From NCBI GenBank assembly GCA_029558735.1, contig JAKQDP010000038.1:1-60494 (forward strand): a stretch of 60,494 nt of DNA, in the 5' to 3' direction. Shown one piece after another: positions 10,222 through 19,526 of this stretch; position 1 is the stretch's first letter; every line of letters starts with the position of its first letter. The stretch is from a bacterium. GTDB lineage: Bacteria; Patescibacteriota; Patescibacteriia; 2-01-FULL-39-33. The notes beneath the pieces are model-generated. The model was not told the origin of the DNA. It ran no database searches and worked only from the letters and a program-made list of their open reading frames with translations. Made by a program: the position numbers and the translations under genes.

Positions 10222-11418
10222 TTATAAGGGCGACATTTTCCTTAATCGCTTAACCGCTCGAGTAAGTTCCGTAACGAAATAATCAATATCTGTTTGACGA
10301 TTAAACCGGCCTAGACTAACTCGTAAGCTGCCATGAGCCAATTCCGGCGCCAGGCCAAGCGCCGCTAACACATGAGACGGTTCCAAAGAACCGGAAGAAC
10401 AGGCTGAGCCAGTGGAAACGGCGATTCCTCGCTCCGACAAAAGCAAAACCAAGCTCTCCCCTTCCACGCCCCGAAAAACAAAATTAGCGTTATTGGGCGA
10501 ACGCTTAACTAAGTCGCCGTTAAGGACAACCCCGCTAATCTCCCGCTGGACTGTCGCAATCAATCGGTCCCGCAATTTCTCAATCCGCTGATTCTCCCGC
10601 TGACGATTGCTAGCGCCAATCAGGTCAATGGCCGTTGCCAAACCAACAATCCCACTGACATTATAAGTACCCGGCCGAATATTATTCTGCTGATGCCCGC
10701 CAAAAAATAACGGCTCCAACACCACGCCTGATTTCAAATACAACCCGCCAATTCCTTTGGGGCCATAAATTTTATGGCCGGAAAAAGATAACAAATCCAC
10801 TCCCAAGTGAGACACCCGACAATCGCAATAATTTAAAGCTTGAGTTGCGTCAGTATGAAAATATATTTTCTGCGGACGTTTCCGATTAAGTTTAGCAATA
10901 GTGGCGCCAATTTTTTCAATCGGCTGTATCGTGCCAATTTCATTATTAACATACATAACTGAGACCAAAACCGTATTAGCCTTAACCGCCGCGACTAATT
11001 TTTCAACCTTCACCACCCCCCGAGCAGTCACTGGCACATAGCTTACTTCCGCTAAGCCTCTGGCGGCCAAAGCCCTAACCGACTCCAACACTGCGTCATG
11101 CTCAATACTAGACACTATCAGATGGGGCTGAAAACCGGGCTGATCCAGTCGTAATCGCTGAATCAAGCCCCAAATCGCCAAATTATTGCTTTCGGTAGCG
11201 CCGGAAGTAAAATAAATTTCTGCCTTGGAACAAGCAAAAAAATCAGCAATTTTTTTCTGCGCCCTGTCCACTGCCACTCGCGCGTCAAGACCAAATTGAT
11301 GAAGAGAAGAAGCGTTGCCAAAATTATTTTCAAAATAGGGCAACATTGCTTTTAAAACCCGACTATCGACCGGCGTCGTAGCGGCATTATCCAAGTAAAC
11401 TTTTTTTACTGAAACCAT
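10222..11418 (-). CDS. iscS: Cysteine desulfurase IscS/NifS
   Basis: YLDNAATT, SGHKIYGPKG (PLP lysine), GSACSS catalytic Cys. Confidence 0.95.
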   Translation of the reverse strand: MVSVKKVYLDNAATTPVDSRVLKAMLPYFENNFGNASSLHQFGLDARVAVDRAQKKIADFFACSKAEIYFTSGATESNNLAIWGLIQRLRLDQPGFQPHLIVSSIEHDAVLESVRALAARGLAEVSYVPVTARGVVKVEKLVAAVKANTVLVSVMYVNNEIGTIQPIEKIGATIAKLNRKRPQKIYFHTDATQALNYCDCRVSHLGVDLLSFSGHKIYGPKGIGGLYLKSGVVLEPLFFGGHQQNNIRPGTYNVSGIVGLATAIDLIGASNRQRENQRIEKLRDRLIATVQREISGVVLNGDLVKRSPNNANFVFRGVEGESLVLLLSERGIAVSTGSACSSGSLEPSHVLAALGLAPELAHGSLRVSLGRFNRQTDIDYFVTELTRAVKRLRKMSPL

Positions 11419-11436
11419 AAATTATAATTAAGATGA

Positions 11437-11667
11437 TTAAACCGCCAGCACCTCTTTGACTGCTGGCACCTTGGCTTTGATGGTCCGACCGATTCCCTCT
11501 TGCAAAGTAATCTGCGACATTGGACAACCCTGACAAGCGCCCATTAGTCGGACTTCCAATTTGCCGCTGGCCGAATCGAAAGAAATAAATTCCACATCGC
11601 CGCCGTCCATTTGTAAATGGGGCCGAAGATCATCGAGAACCTTCCTAATAGTTTTTTCAGTTGTCAT
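11437..11667 (-). CDS. NifU C-terminal (Nfu) domain Fe-S carrier
   Basis: RPHLQMDGGDVE and GACQGCPMS motifs. Confidence 0.9.
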   Translation of the reverse strand: MTTEKTIRKVLDDLRPHLQMDGGDVEFISFDSASGKLEVRLMGACQGCPMSQITLQEGIGRTIKAKVPAVKEVLAV

Positions 11668-11669
11668 AA

Positions 11670-12059
11670 TTATGATTTATTTTTATTTTGGCGGTAATCT
11701 GCCACCGCCGCTTTTAAGCCGTCATGAGCCAAAATTGAACAGTGAAGCTTAGCTTCCGGCAAGCCTCCCAGCTCTTGAGCGATTTCCAGCTTACCGATTT
11801 TAAGCGCTTCATCAATGGTTTTTCCTTTGGCCATTTCCGTTAACATCGAGGAGGTGGCAATCGCCGCGCCGCAACCTAAAGTCTCAAATTTAATATCTTC
11901 AATAATAGGAACGGAATCGGCATTCTGGCCAACCTTGATATAAATCTTCATAATATCGCCGCAAACCGGATTGCCGACCTGACCAATGCCATCGGCCGCT
12001 TTCATTTTGCCCTGGTTGCGGGGGTGGTGAAAATGGTCTAAAACTTTCTCGCTATACAT
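11670..12059 (-). CDS. iscU: Fe-S scaffold IscU/NifU-N
   Basis: YSEKVLDHF, GNPVCGD, GCGAAIA and KLHCS motifs. Confidence 0.93.
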   Translation of the reverse strand: MYSEKVLDHFHHPRNQGKMKAADGIGQVGNPVCGDIMKIYIKVGQNADSVPIIEDIKFETLGCGAAIATSSMLTEMAKGKTIDEALKIGKLEIAQELGGLPEAKLHCSILAHDGLKAAVADYRQNKNKS

Positions 12060-12081
12060 AAATGTTAAAATTAATTGTTGA

Positions 12082-12483
12082 TTAAATTAAATCTTTAAGC
12101 GTAAATCGCCTCAGAGTACTAATGATATTTTTCTGCAATTCGCCCCAAACCATCTTTGTCATACATTTTTCCGGCGAACAGGTCATTTTTCGCTGATTGT
12201 CGGACATGCAATAAAAAACCGCCAAAGCGCCTTCGAGCGCCTCCACCACCTCAAACACGCTTATTTTTTCCGGCGCTCTGGTCAGTAAATAACCGCCGCC
12301 CACGCCCTTGGAGCTCTTAACCAAATTATCGGCCTTAAGCTTAGCAAATAGTCTTTCTAGATAGGGGCGAGAAATATGCTCCCGCCGCGATATCTCCGCC
12401 AACGACAGGGGCTGAGTTTGACCATGTTTTGCTAAAGCCACCATTGCCCTCAGGCCATATTCAGTTTTAGTGGTAAACAACAT
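12082..12483 (-). CDS. Rrf2 family regulator, IscR-like
   Basis: TKTEYGLRA, YLERLF, GVGGGY and three C-terminal Cys; first gene of the isc operon. Confidence 0.9.
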   Translation of the reverse strand: MLFTTKTEYGLRAMVALAKHGQTQPLSLAEISRREHISRPYLERLFAKLKADNLVKSSKGVGGGYLLTRAPEKISVFEVVEALEGALAVFYCMSDNQRKMTCSPEKCMTKMVWGELQKNIISTLRRFTLKDLI

Positions 12484-12529
12484 AAAAAATTATTAAAGTT
12501 TATGTTCCCAATAAGCTGCTATTCACCCT

Positions 12530-12587
12530 ATATCATACTAAATTAGTAGGTTATAATTATCATATCAATTCAATTTTTTCTTGTCAA
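12530..12587 (-). promoter_or_regulatory. isc operon promoter with Rrf2/IscR-like operator
   Basis: Minus strand TTGACA (12587-12582)-17 bp-TATGAT; TACTA-AAT-TAGTA palindrome at 12536-12548 just downstream. Confidence 0.65.
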
Positions 12588-12594
12588 GGAAAAA

Positions 12595-13434
12595 TCATAA
12601 AATAATTCTAGATTTTTCCACCACTATTAACACTCTGGCTCCTTGGGCAATTTCTTCGTCTGTCATACCGTCTTCGGCCAAACGATGATCCCAATCATGA
12701 ATAGCCCCTATTAATCGGTCATAAGGATATCTAAAACCGTCACCCCGCTTGGTCCCCACATCATTGGTAATAAATTCCCGTTGATTATAGCCCTTAATTA
12801 CCAACATATGATAAATCGGACCGGGCGTTTGAAAATAAGGATTGCCCAATTCTCGGCCAGCAGCCGGAACAATAATCAAATTACCCAGAGATAATTCGTA
12901 TTTGATCCGATCTATTGTCGCTTCCGGCTCAACTCTGGCCGACAAACCGAAATAATCCGCCAGCACGGCTACTGCCTCAGTGGCGGTCAAATCAACCAGA
13001 TAGTCCTGCGCCGCCTCCCAGGCGATTAATTTTTGGATTTCTTCTTCCATAATTGAATGATTGAGCGACTGACCGCTAAAATAACGGCTGACTATAATCA
13101 TCGAAGCCTCTTCACAGGCTTCCTGATGAAGCTCGTCCCACCGACCAAATGGCGCTTGGGGCGCAAAAGCCACGGCTAATTCCAATTCAGTCGGGACGGC
13201 CGCGACGGCCGATCGAGGATTGTCCTCGCTACCAATAACGGCTGACTGCGACTGATTATTATCAGCTGACTCAACAACTGCCTCAGCTTCAATCGGTTTG
13301 GAGCCGTCAGAAACATCTTCGCTTACTGCTGATGGGGACAGATTGATTTGAACTTGTTCAAAATCCGGCTGTTTAAAACAGCCGGCTAAGCAACAACAAC
13401 CTAAAATTAAGCTAAGTATTTTGACTTGGTTCAT
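12595..13434 (-). CDS. Lipoprotein with peptidase C39-like domain
   Basis: LAGC lipobox; QAPFG..W..EACEEAS, HMLVIKGY and FITND motifs. Confidence 0.8.
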   Translation of the reverse strand: MNQVKILSLILGCCCLAGCFKQPDFEQVQINLSPSAVSEDVSDGSKPIEAEAVVESADNNQSQSAVIGSEDNPRSAVAAVPTELELAVAFAPQAPFGRWDELHQEACEEASMIIVSRYFSGQSLNHSIMEEEIQKLIAWEAAQDYLVDLTATEAVAVLADYFGLSARVEPEATIDRIKYELSLGNLIIVPAAGRELGNPYFQTPGPIYHMLVIKGYNQREFITNDVGTKRGDGFRYPYDRLIGAIHDWDHRLAEDGMTDEEIAQGARVLIVVEKSRIIL

Positions 13435-13440
13435 ACTGGA

Positions 13441-14067
13441 TTAGCAAGGATTCTGTTGGGTGGCTGTCTGCAACGCCTCTTCAACTATATTTTGACCGAT
13501 AATCATCACCTCGCCCTCATAAGCTTTCAAAAAACAGCACTGCCCATCAAGAAAATTAAATTTATATTTCCCGCCCGCCAAATCCGCCAACTGAATCGCT
13601 CCGAGTTGTTTGATTTTTTCGTATATTGCCAACTCAGTCGGCAAGGAATATTTGTTTTTCAAAAATTCGGCTAATTCAAAATTACGATCAATTATCCCCC
13701 GTATCGCTTCCGGCTCGACCGGCGAAGGAGTGCCATAACAAATCCCGGGCTCATATTTATCCACCAGATAAATCTTAACCATCAGCTCCTCAGTCACAAC
13801 AAAATTCCTAGTGGCCTCCTTATGAATCGGCGGATTGGCAATAGCCGAACTGTCCGGATAAAATTTTTCCACCTGAACGACGGTGGCGGTTTGACCGGTG
13901 TCAGTCTGAATAGTCGATACTGAAGGATGATCAAGGTCAATTGATGATTCCCTATTTTCCTGTTCGACCGGCTCGTTAATGCCAGACTGATTGACTGCCG
14001 ACCCAAATGAACAACCTGCCAAAACTAATGGCACCAATAATCCCGTAAAAAAGCTTATTTTCTTCAT
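13441..14067 (-). CDS. Hypothetical Cys-containing lipoprotein
   Basis: LAGC lipobox; PGICYG and DGQCC motifs; no recognised domain. Confidence 0.7.
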   Translation of the reverse strand: MKKISFFTGLLVPLVLAGCSFGSAVNQSGINEPVEQENRESSIDLDHPSVSTIQTDTGQTATVVQVEKFYPDSSAIANPPIHKEATRNFVVTEELMVKIYLVDKYEPGICYGTPSPVEPEAIRGIIDRNFELAEFLKNKYSLPTELAIYEKIKQLGAIQLADLAGGKYKFNFLDGQCCFLKAYEGEVMIIGQNIVEEALQTATQQNPC

Positions 14068-14233
14068 AGTGTTTTAATTAACTATTTGCTTCTTTCTTTA
14101 TTATACAGGATAAACCGGCCAGTATAAAGCTTAATGGCGCCACCAGACAACTAGCGAATAAAACTTGACTTTTAGCTGCTAATCAGCTAAAATAAGTACT
14201 GTTGAATTTATTTAATAATAACAGTAATAAAAT

Positions 14234-14506
14234 ATGGCTCATAAGAAAGCCGCCGGCAGTACTAGATTGGGCCGAGATTCCAACGCCCAGCGATTGGGCA
14301 TTAAAATCTACGGTGGTCAAACAGCCGTGCCCGGCGCCATTATTGTTCGCCAACGCGGCACTCGCTATCGCCCGGGTAAAAATACCAAAAAGGGCAATGA
14401 TGACACCATTTTCTCCACCACGGCCGGTACTGTCAAATTCACAAAGAAAAAAATCAAAAAATACGACGGCCGACTGCAATACTCCCAACTAGTCAGCGTC
14501 GAATAA
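14234..14506 (+). CDS. rpmA: 50S ribosomal protein L27
   Basis: [15 protein letters not shown] and IIVRQRGT motifs. Confidence 0.97.
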   Translation: MAHKKAAGSTRLGRDSNAQRLGIKIYGGQTAVPGAIIVRQRGTRYRPGKNTKKGNDDTIFSTTAGTVKFTKKKIKKYDGRLQYSQLVSVE

Positions 14507-14644
14507 ATAAAAATCACCCCCCGAAATATTCCGGCTGGTGATTTTTTATTTCCACCCTTAAATCAATTTTAAAACCGCCAATAACCAGCGGCTTTAAAAA
14601 ACATTAATTATTTTAGCCTTAAGACGTTTATAAAATACCAGTCG

Positions 14645-15085
14645 CTAATCCGAGACAATTAGCATTATCTCCGCCTCCAACCCGTGTTCCAAATTAACCA
14701 TTAAGGGATACTCACCCGGCTCCTTGATCGGCTCGGGTAATTGAAGCTGCTTTTTATCAATGTTAAATCCCCGCTCTTTTAGTTTCTTGACCACCGCCGT
14801 CGCTGTCACCGCCGCATATAATTTACCTTGATCATTGGTCCGGCCGCTGATTTCAATAGCCAGTCCATTCAATCGGGCGGCGTTTTTCTCAGCTAACAAC
14901 AAATCATGCTCAGCTTGTTTGGCGAGTTGTTTTTGATTAGCGGCCAATGTTTGTACTGTTTGGTCAGTCGCTAATTCAGCCAAACCCCGGGGAAATAAAA
15001 AATTGCGAGCATAACCGTCAGCCACATCTTTAATGTCGCCGGCCTTGCCCAACTGACTAATTTTTTTAAGCAAAATTACTTTCAT
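14645..15085 (-). CDS. rplI: 50S ribosomal protein L9
   Basis: MKVILL..LGKAGDIKDVADGYARNFLFP; start reassigned to ATG 15085. Confidence 0.96.
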   Translation of the reverse strand: MKVILLKKISQLGKAGDIKDVADGYARNFLFPRGLAELATDQTVQTLAANQKQLAKQAEHDLLLAEKNAARLNGLAIEISGRTNDQGKLYAAVTATAVVKKLKERGFNIDKKQLQLPEPIKEPGEYPLMVNLEHGLEAEIMLIVSD

Positions 15086-15089
15086 ATAA

Positions 15090-15362
15090 TTACTTAATAA
15101 CAAATCGACGGTATTGTTTTTGAGCCGGTTGCCACTGATAATCAATCCGGTCCACCCGGGCCAACCTGCTTCCATTATAACACCAAGCTAAAAATTGCTT
15201 CAACTCCTCTTCCGGACCTTCAACTGCCGCCTCGACCGAACCGTCCGGCCGATTTTTTATCCAACCAGTCAGCCCCAAAGCATTAGCCATTGTCTGGGCT
15301 TGATAACGAAAACCAACTCCCTGTACTCGGCCAAAAATCTTTAGGGCCAAACGCTTGACCAT
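15090..15362 (-). CDS. acyP: Acylphosphatase
   Basis: GRVQGVGFR and GWIKNRPDGSVE motifs. Confidence 0.95.
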   Translation of the reverse strand: MVKRLALKIFGRVQGVGFRYQAQTMANALGLTGWIKNRPDGSVEAAVEGPEEELKQFLAWCYNGSRLARVDRIDYQWQPAQKQYRRFVIK

Positions 15363-16643
15363 TTAGTTATTGCTAAAAATAATTTCCACTGCTTTATCCA
15401 GTTGGGGATCACGGAATTGATCATAATCAGCTTCAATCATTTCCACCGCCACATCCGGTTCAATCCCCTCATCGTCAATGGAACGACCCTGGGGTGTAAA
15501 CCACTTCGCCACCGTCAGCTTAACTGAAGAACCGTCAGATAGATTATTTAAATCCTGAATCGAACCTTTGCCAAAGGTTTTCTCGCCGACAATTACTCCT
15601 TCACCCCAATCCTGGAGAGCGCCGGCGACAATCTCCGAGGCCGAAGCGCTGCCGGCATTAACTAGAACCACTGTCTGATAAGCGTCCAGCCTGGCTTTTT
15701 TGGTGGAATTATGGAGAATTTCGCTCCCGTCCCGCAACTTTTCAGACACGACCAACTTGCCATTAATCCACTCACCGGAAACATCAATCGCTGTTTGCAA
15801 ATAACCGCCAGGATTATAGCGCAAATCCAAAATAATTCCCCGAATATCGGGTCGACTCAAAATATCCAAAACAGCATCATTAAATAGTGGCATCGTCATC
15901 TCATTAAACTGACGAATTTTAAGATAAGCAATATTATCGCTTCTGATTTCCCATTCCACACTTTTGATATTAATCGCCTCCCGAGTAATACTGATTTCCT
16001 TGCTGCTTGACTGGCCTTCACGATAAACCAATAAAGTCACTGCCGTCCCCTGGGGCCCGCGAATCAGACTAACCGCCTCGTCAACCCCCATGCCCTCGGT
16101 AGTTTGGCCGTCAATCTCCAAAATCATATCTTTCGGCTTTAAGCCGGCTTTAAACGCCGGCGTATCCGGCAAGGGAGCAATCACCGTCAAAATATTATTG
16201 CGAATCCCGATTTCCGCGCCCACGCCCTCAAAATTACCCTCCAATTCTTCCTTGAAAAAATCCGTATTTTGGGGGGTTAAAAAGACCGAATGTGAATCCT
16301 CCAGAGCCGCCACTAAGCCAGATAACGCCCCATAAAATAATTTAGTTTCCGGAATATTCTTGTCATAATATTTATTTTTAATTAAATTCCAAACATCCCA
16401 AAATAATCGAAAATCAACATCCTTGGTTAGGTACTCGGGAATTTCGCCGTCGGCATTAATAATATCGCCATAAGTGGAAGTGGCAGTCGGATCAACCCCC
16501 TTAATCACTACCTGGCCGCCGCTGCGAGGCAAGAATTTCGCCCCAATCGCCAAGCCCAAAAAAAATACCGCTGCCAAAGATAATAACCCTATTAGCCAAT
16601 ATTGCCGTTTGATAATGCTTTTATTAGTCGCTGAATCGACCAT
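15363..16643 (-). CDS. ctpA: Carboxy-terminal processing protease (S41, PDZ)
   Basis: DLRYNPGG, SASASEIVAGAL and TFGKG motifs; N-terminal TM. Confidence 0.93.
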   Translation of the reverse strand: MVDSATNKSIIKRQYWLIGLLSLAAVFFLGLAIGAKFLPRSGGQVVIKGVDPTATSTYGDIINADGEIPEYLTKDVDFRLFWDVWNLIKNKYYDKNIPETKLFYGALSGLVAALEDSHSVFLTPQNTDFFKEELEGNFEGVGAEIGIRNNILTVIAPLPDTPAFKAGLKPKDMILEIDGQTTEGMGVDEAVSLIRGPQGTAVTLLVYREGQSSSKEISITREAINIKSVEWEIRSDNIAYLKIRQFNEMTMPLFNDAVLDILSRPDIRGIILDLRYNPGGYLQTAIDVSGEWINGKLVVSEKLRDGSEILHNSTKKARLDAYQTVVLVNAGSASASEIVAGALQDWGEGVIVGEKTFGKGSIQDLNNLSDGSSVKLTVAKWFTPQGRSIDDEGIEPDVAVEMIEADYDQFRDPQLDKAVEIIFSNN

Positions 16644-16699
16644 AATGATAAAATTCATTTTAATAGTAATATTTTAACAGAAAAAAGTTTTTTAGCAAA

Positions 16700-16741
16700 A
16701 TAAAAAAGCCGGTTAATTTTCCCATGGGAAACTAACCGGCT
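16700..16741 (-). terminator. Terminator after the lysozyme-like genes
   Basis: AGCCGGTTA..TTTCCCATGGGAAA..TAACCGGCT hairpin with an adjacent A-run on the plus strand. Confidence 0.65.
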
Positions 16742-16757
16742 AAGGCGCTTGAGCCAT

Positions 16758-17381
16758 TTATGCCTCCTCTTCGAGGAGCTGTTTGACCTTCCGCCAATAG
16801 CGGTCGGTCTTCTTCCACCAGGCCGGGTCGTCTTCAAACGGCCCGCCGTTCCAGATCCGGGCCAGAATCTCGGGATTGAGCTCCTTGCCCGTTTTCTTCT
16901 GGTAATCTTGGCCGTAGTGGTCAAGATATATCAGAAAAATTTCCCGCGACCTGGCCTGGTTATAGCGGTCGCGGCGGGTGTACTTCTTGTGACCGATGAT
17001 GCGATTAACATCATCAACCACTACCGGCCAAATTTGGACGATGCCGACGGCGTGACCGCGGTCGCCAATGGCCCGGTGCTCCAATTTCGATTCGACCCAA
17101 GCGATCAAGTAAAACAGATTGCCCGGGTCAATCGTTTCTTCCACCGCTACTGCCGGCTGAAGAATTGGCTCGACTGCCGAATTATTCACCGACGGATCAA
17201 CCGTTTCCGACGGATTCATCGGCTCAAACTCAAAAAAATTCTGAGTCGGCCGACCATTGCTCGGTTCCCTTTCAAGATAATCCGAGACCCGATCGAACAC
17301 TACCAAGCCGCCGATAAAAGCGGCCAACATCAGAAGAACTATCTTCTCAATGTTGTTGATGATTTTTTGAATGAACTCCAT
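16758..17381 (-). CDS. Membrane-anchored i-type lysozyme/destabilase-like muramidase (copy 1)
   Basis: VES..AIGD.G.AVG.VQI...DDVNR...YT..DRY...ILARIWNGGP; N-terminal TM; strong SD AGGAGG before ATG 17381. Confidence 0.78.
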   Translation of the reverse strand: MEFIQKIINNIEKIVLLMLAAFIGGLVVFDRVSDYLEREPSNGRPTQNFFEFEPMNPSETVDPSVNNSAVEPILQPAVAVEETIDPGNLFYLIAWVESKLEHRAIGDRGHAVGIVQIWPVVVDDVNRIIGHKKYTRRDRYNQARSREIFLIYLDHYGQDYQKKTGKELNPEILARIWNGGPFEDDPAWWKKTDRYWRKVKQLLEEEA

Positions 17382-17484
17382 TTTCAACTCCTCCTTTTTT
17401 GTTCTCCTGTTTCAGGCGGAACACTATTCCCGCCCACAACAAAAAATAAAAAATTAACAATCAAAAGACAAAAACCAATAATAA

Positions 17485-18123
17485 TTAGTTTTTTGCCAAT
17501 TTGTCCAACTCCTCGGCCTGGCTCTTCAATTGCCTATCAACCTTATACCAGTAATGACCAGTGCTGATTTTGCGCCAACCCTTGGGGCCGCCGTTCCAAA
17601 TCCTAGCGTAAATCTCATCAGTCGGCGCTAAGCCGGTTTGCCGCTGATAAACCTCGCCGTAAAAATCAACATAAATTTTAAAAATCTCTTTGGATTTTTC
17701 CGGATTATAACGGTCGTCATAAGAATAAGCCTGATAACCCAAAATCCGATTAACATCATCAATAGTGATTTTCCAAATCTGCAAAATGCCGATGGCCTGG
17801 CCATAATCGCCAACCGCCTGACTATTACCCTCTGATTCCACTTCAATACAAGCATTAATTAAATCTTCCCATTGGTCTTTGACTGTTTGGGAACGGTCAT
17901 TGCTCTGATGATTATTGACAGTCCTTTCGGTTTCGGTTAATACTAAGCCACAAATCGCTTTAACAATATTAATATTTTCAATAAAACAAGTATTATTAAC
18001 CGGCCAATTAATGGCTTGGGCCTTTCTGACGCTAATTCCATTAATCAGCAGCATTACCAAAAAAACAGCAAAAATTAGAGAAAAATTTGAATAAAAAGCT
18101 TTATTTTTTAGCATATTTAGCAT
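17485..18123 (-). CDS. Secreted i-type lysozyme/destabilase-like muramidase (copy 2)
   Basis: VESEG..AVGDYGQAIGILQI..DDVNR..YS.DDRY..YARIWNGGP.GW; N-terminal signal/TM. Confidence 0.78.
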   Translation of the reverse strand: MLNMLKNKAFYSNFSLIFAVFLVMLLINGISVRKAQAINWPVNNTCFIENINIVKAICGLVLTETERTVNNHQSNDRSQTVKDQWEDLINACIEVESEGNSQAVGDYGQAIGILQIWKITIDDVNRILGYQAYSYDDRYNPEKSKEIFKIYVDFYGEVYQRQTGLAPTDEIYARIWNGGPKGWRKISTGHYWYKVDRQLKSQAEELDKLAKN

Positions 18124-18264
18124 TAAGCTAATAAAAAATTGCTTTATCTCTAAAGCAACATACTATTATATCATATTTAGATAACTTTGTCAATAGTAAC
18201 TAATCTTCTTTAAGTCAACCCCCTACCCTACCAAAAAATCAAAAAATATGCAATAATGGATAAT

Positions 18265-19524
18265 ATGAGTAAATATCTAATCACTGGCCAAGCCAAATTA
18301 ACCGGCGAAATTGCCGTCACTGGCGCCAAAAACGCCGCCCTAAAGGCGATTGCCGCCTCTGTCCTAACTGATCAGCCTTGTGTTATTAAAAATTGTCCGG
18401 ATATTGAGGATGTCCGTCGCTTAACCGATATCCTGACTGATTTGGGAGCCATTATTAATTGGCAAGGCAACGCCCTGACTATTAATAATCGTCCGATCAA
18501 AAAAGCCAACCCCGATCCAAAACTGGTCAAAAAACTGCGCTCGTCAATTATGTTAGCTGGTCCCCTACTGGCCCGCTTCGGCGAAGTGACTTTGGCCCAT
18601 CCGGGTGGCTGCATTATTGGCCAGCGGCCAATTGATATGTTTTTGGCCGGCTTTGAAAAAATGGGCGCGACAATCAATGACCAGCAAACCGAAGATTGCT
18701 ACACCCTAACTGCCAAGCAGTTAACCGGCGCCAAAATAATTTTGCCCTGGATTTCAGTGACAGTGACCGAAAGTCTGATGTTAACCGCCTGTCTGGCCCG
18801 AGGCGTCACCACGATTATTAACGCCGCTATGGAACCAGAAATTCCAGCCTTAGCCGATTATTTAAACCGCCAAGGCGCTAAAATCAGCGGCGCCGGCACA
18901 CCCCGAATTACCATCGAGGGAGTGTCAGCGTTAACCGGCGGAGAAATTGAAATTATTCCCGATCGAATTGAAGCCGGGTCTTTTGCTATTATGGGTCTGG
19001 CGACCAACAGCTCAATTAAAATCACTCACTGCCGGCCCGAACATCTGGAAACAGTCATTTCCACCCTGGAAAGGGCTGGCGCCCGGTTGACTGTCGGTCC
19101 GGATTATATCATCACCAAACCCAGCCAACTGCGAGCGACAGAATTGCGAACTCATGAATACCCGGGCTTTCCGACTGATCTGCAAGCGCCCTTTGCTGTC
19201 CTGATGACCCAAGCCAAGGGCCAAAGCCTGATTCACGAAACTATTTACGATGGCCGGCTGTTTTATACCGACAAACTCAAACAAATGGGAGCCAATATCA
19301 TTATGTGCGATCCACATCGAGTCATTATTACCGGCCCCACCGAACTTTACGGCCGCCAACTGGAAAGTCCGGACCTGCGCGCCGGTATGGCGCTACTGAT
19401 TGCCGGACTAATCGCCACTGGCCAAACCACCATTGACAATGTCTACCAAATTGAACGCGGTTATGAAAATATCGTCAACCGACTACGAGCCTTGGGCGCC
19501 GCTATTAAAAAAATAGCCGACTAG
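18265..19524 (+). CDS. murA: UDP-N-acetylglucosamine 1-carboxyvinyltransferase
   Basis: GAKNAAL, PGGCIIGQRP, PDRIEAG, PGFPTDLQ and DLRAG motifs. Confidence 0.96.
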   Translation: MSKYLITGQAKLTGEIAVTGAKNAALKAIAASVLTDQPCVIKNCPDIEDVRRLTDILTDLGAIINWQGNALTINNRPIKKANPDPKLVKKLRSSIMLAGPLLARFGEVTLAHPGGCIIGQRPIDMFLAGFEKMGATINDQQTEDCYTLTAKQLTGAKIILPWISVTVTESLMLTACLARGVTTIINAAMEPEIPALADYLNRQGAKISGAGTPRITIEGVSALTGGEIEIIPDRIEAGSFAIMGLATNSSIKITHCRPEHLETVISTLERAGARLTVGPDYIITKPSQLRATELRTHEYPGFPTDLQAPFAVLMTQAKGQSLIHETIYDGRLFYTDKLKQMGANIIMCDPHRVIITGPTELYGRQLESPDLRAGMALLIAGLIATGQTTIDNVYQIERGYENIVNRLRALGAAIKKIAD

Positions 19525-19526
19525 CT

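Noticed and set aside
16749-17567. 272-aa plus-strand ORF
   Set aside because: Antisense shadow of the GC-rich lysozyme-like gene, with no recognisable motifs.
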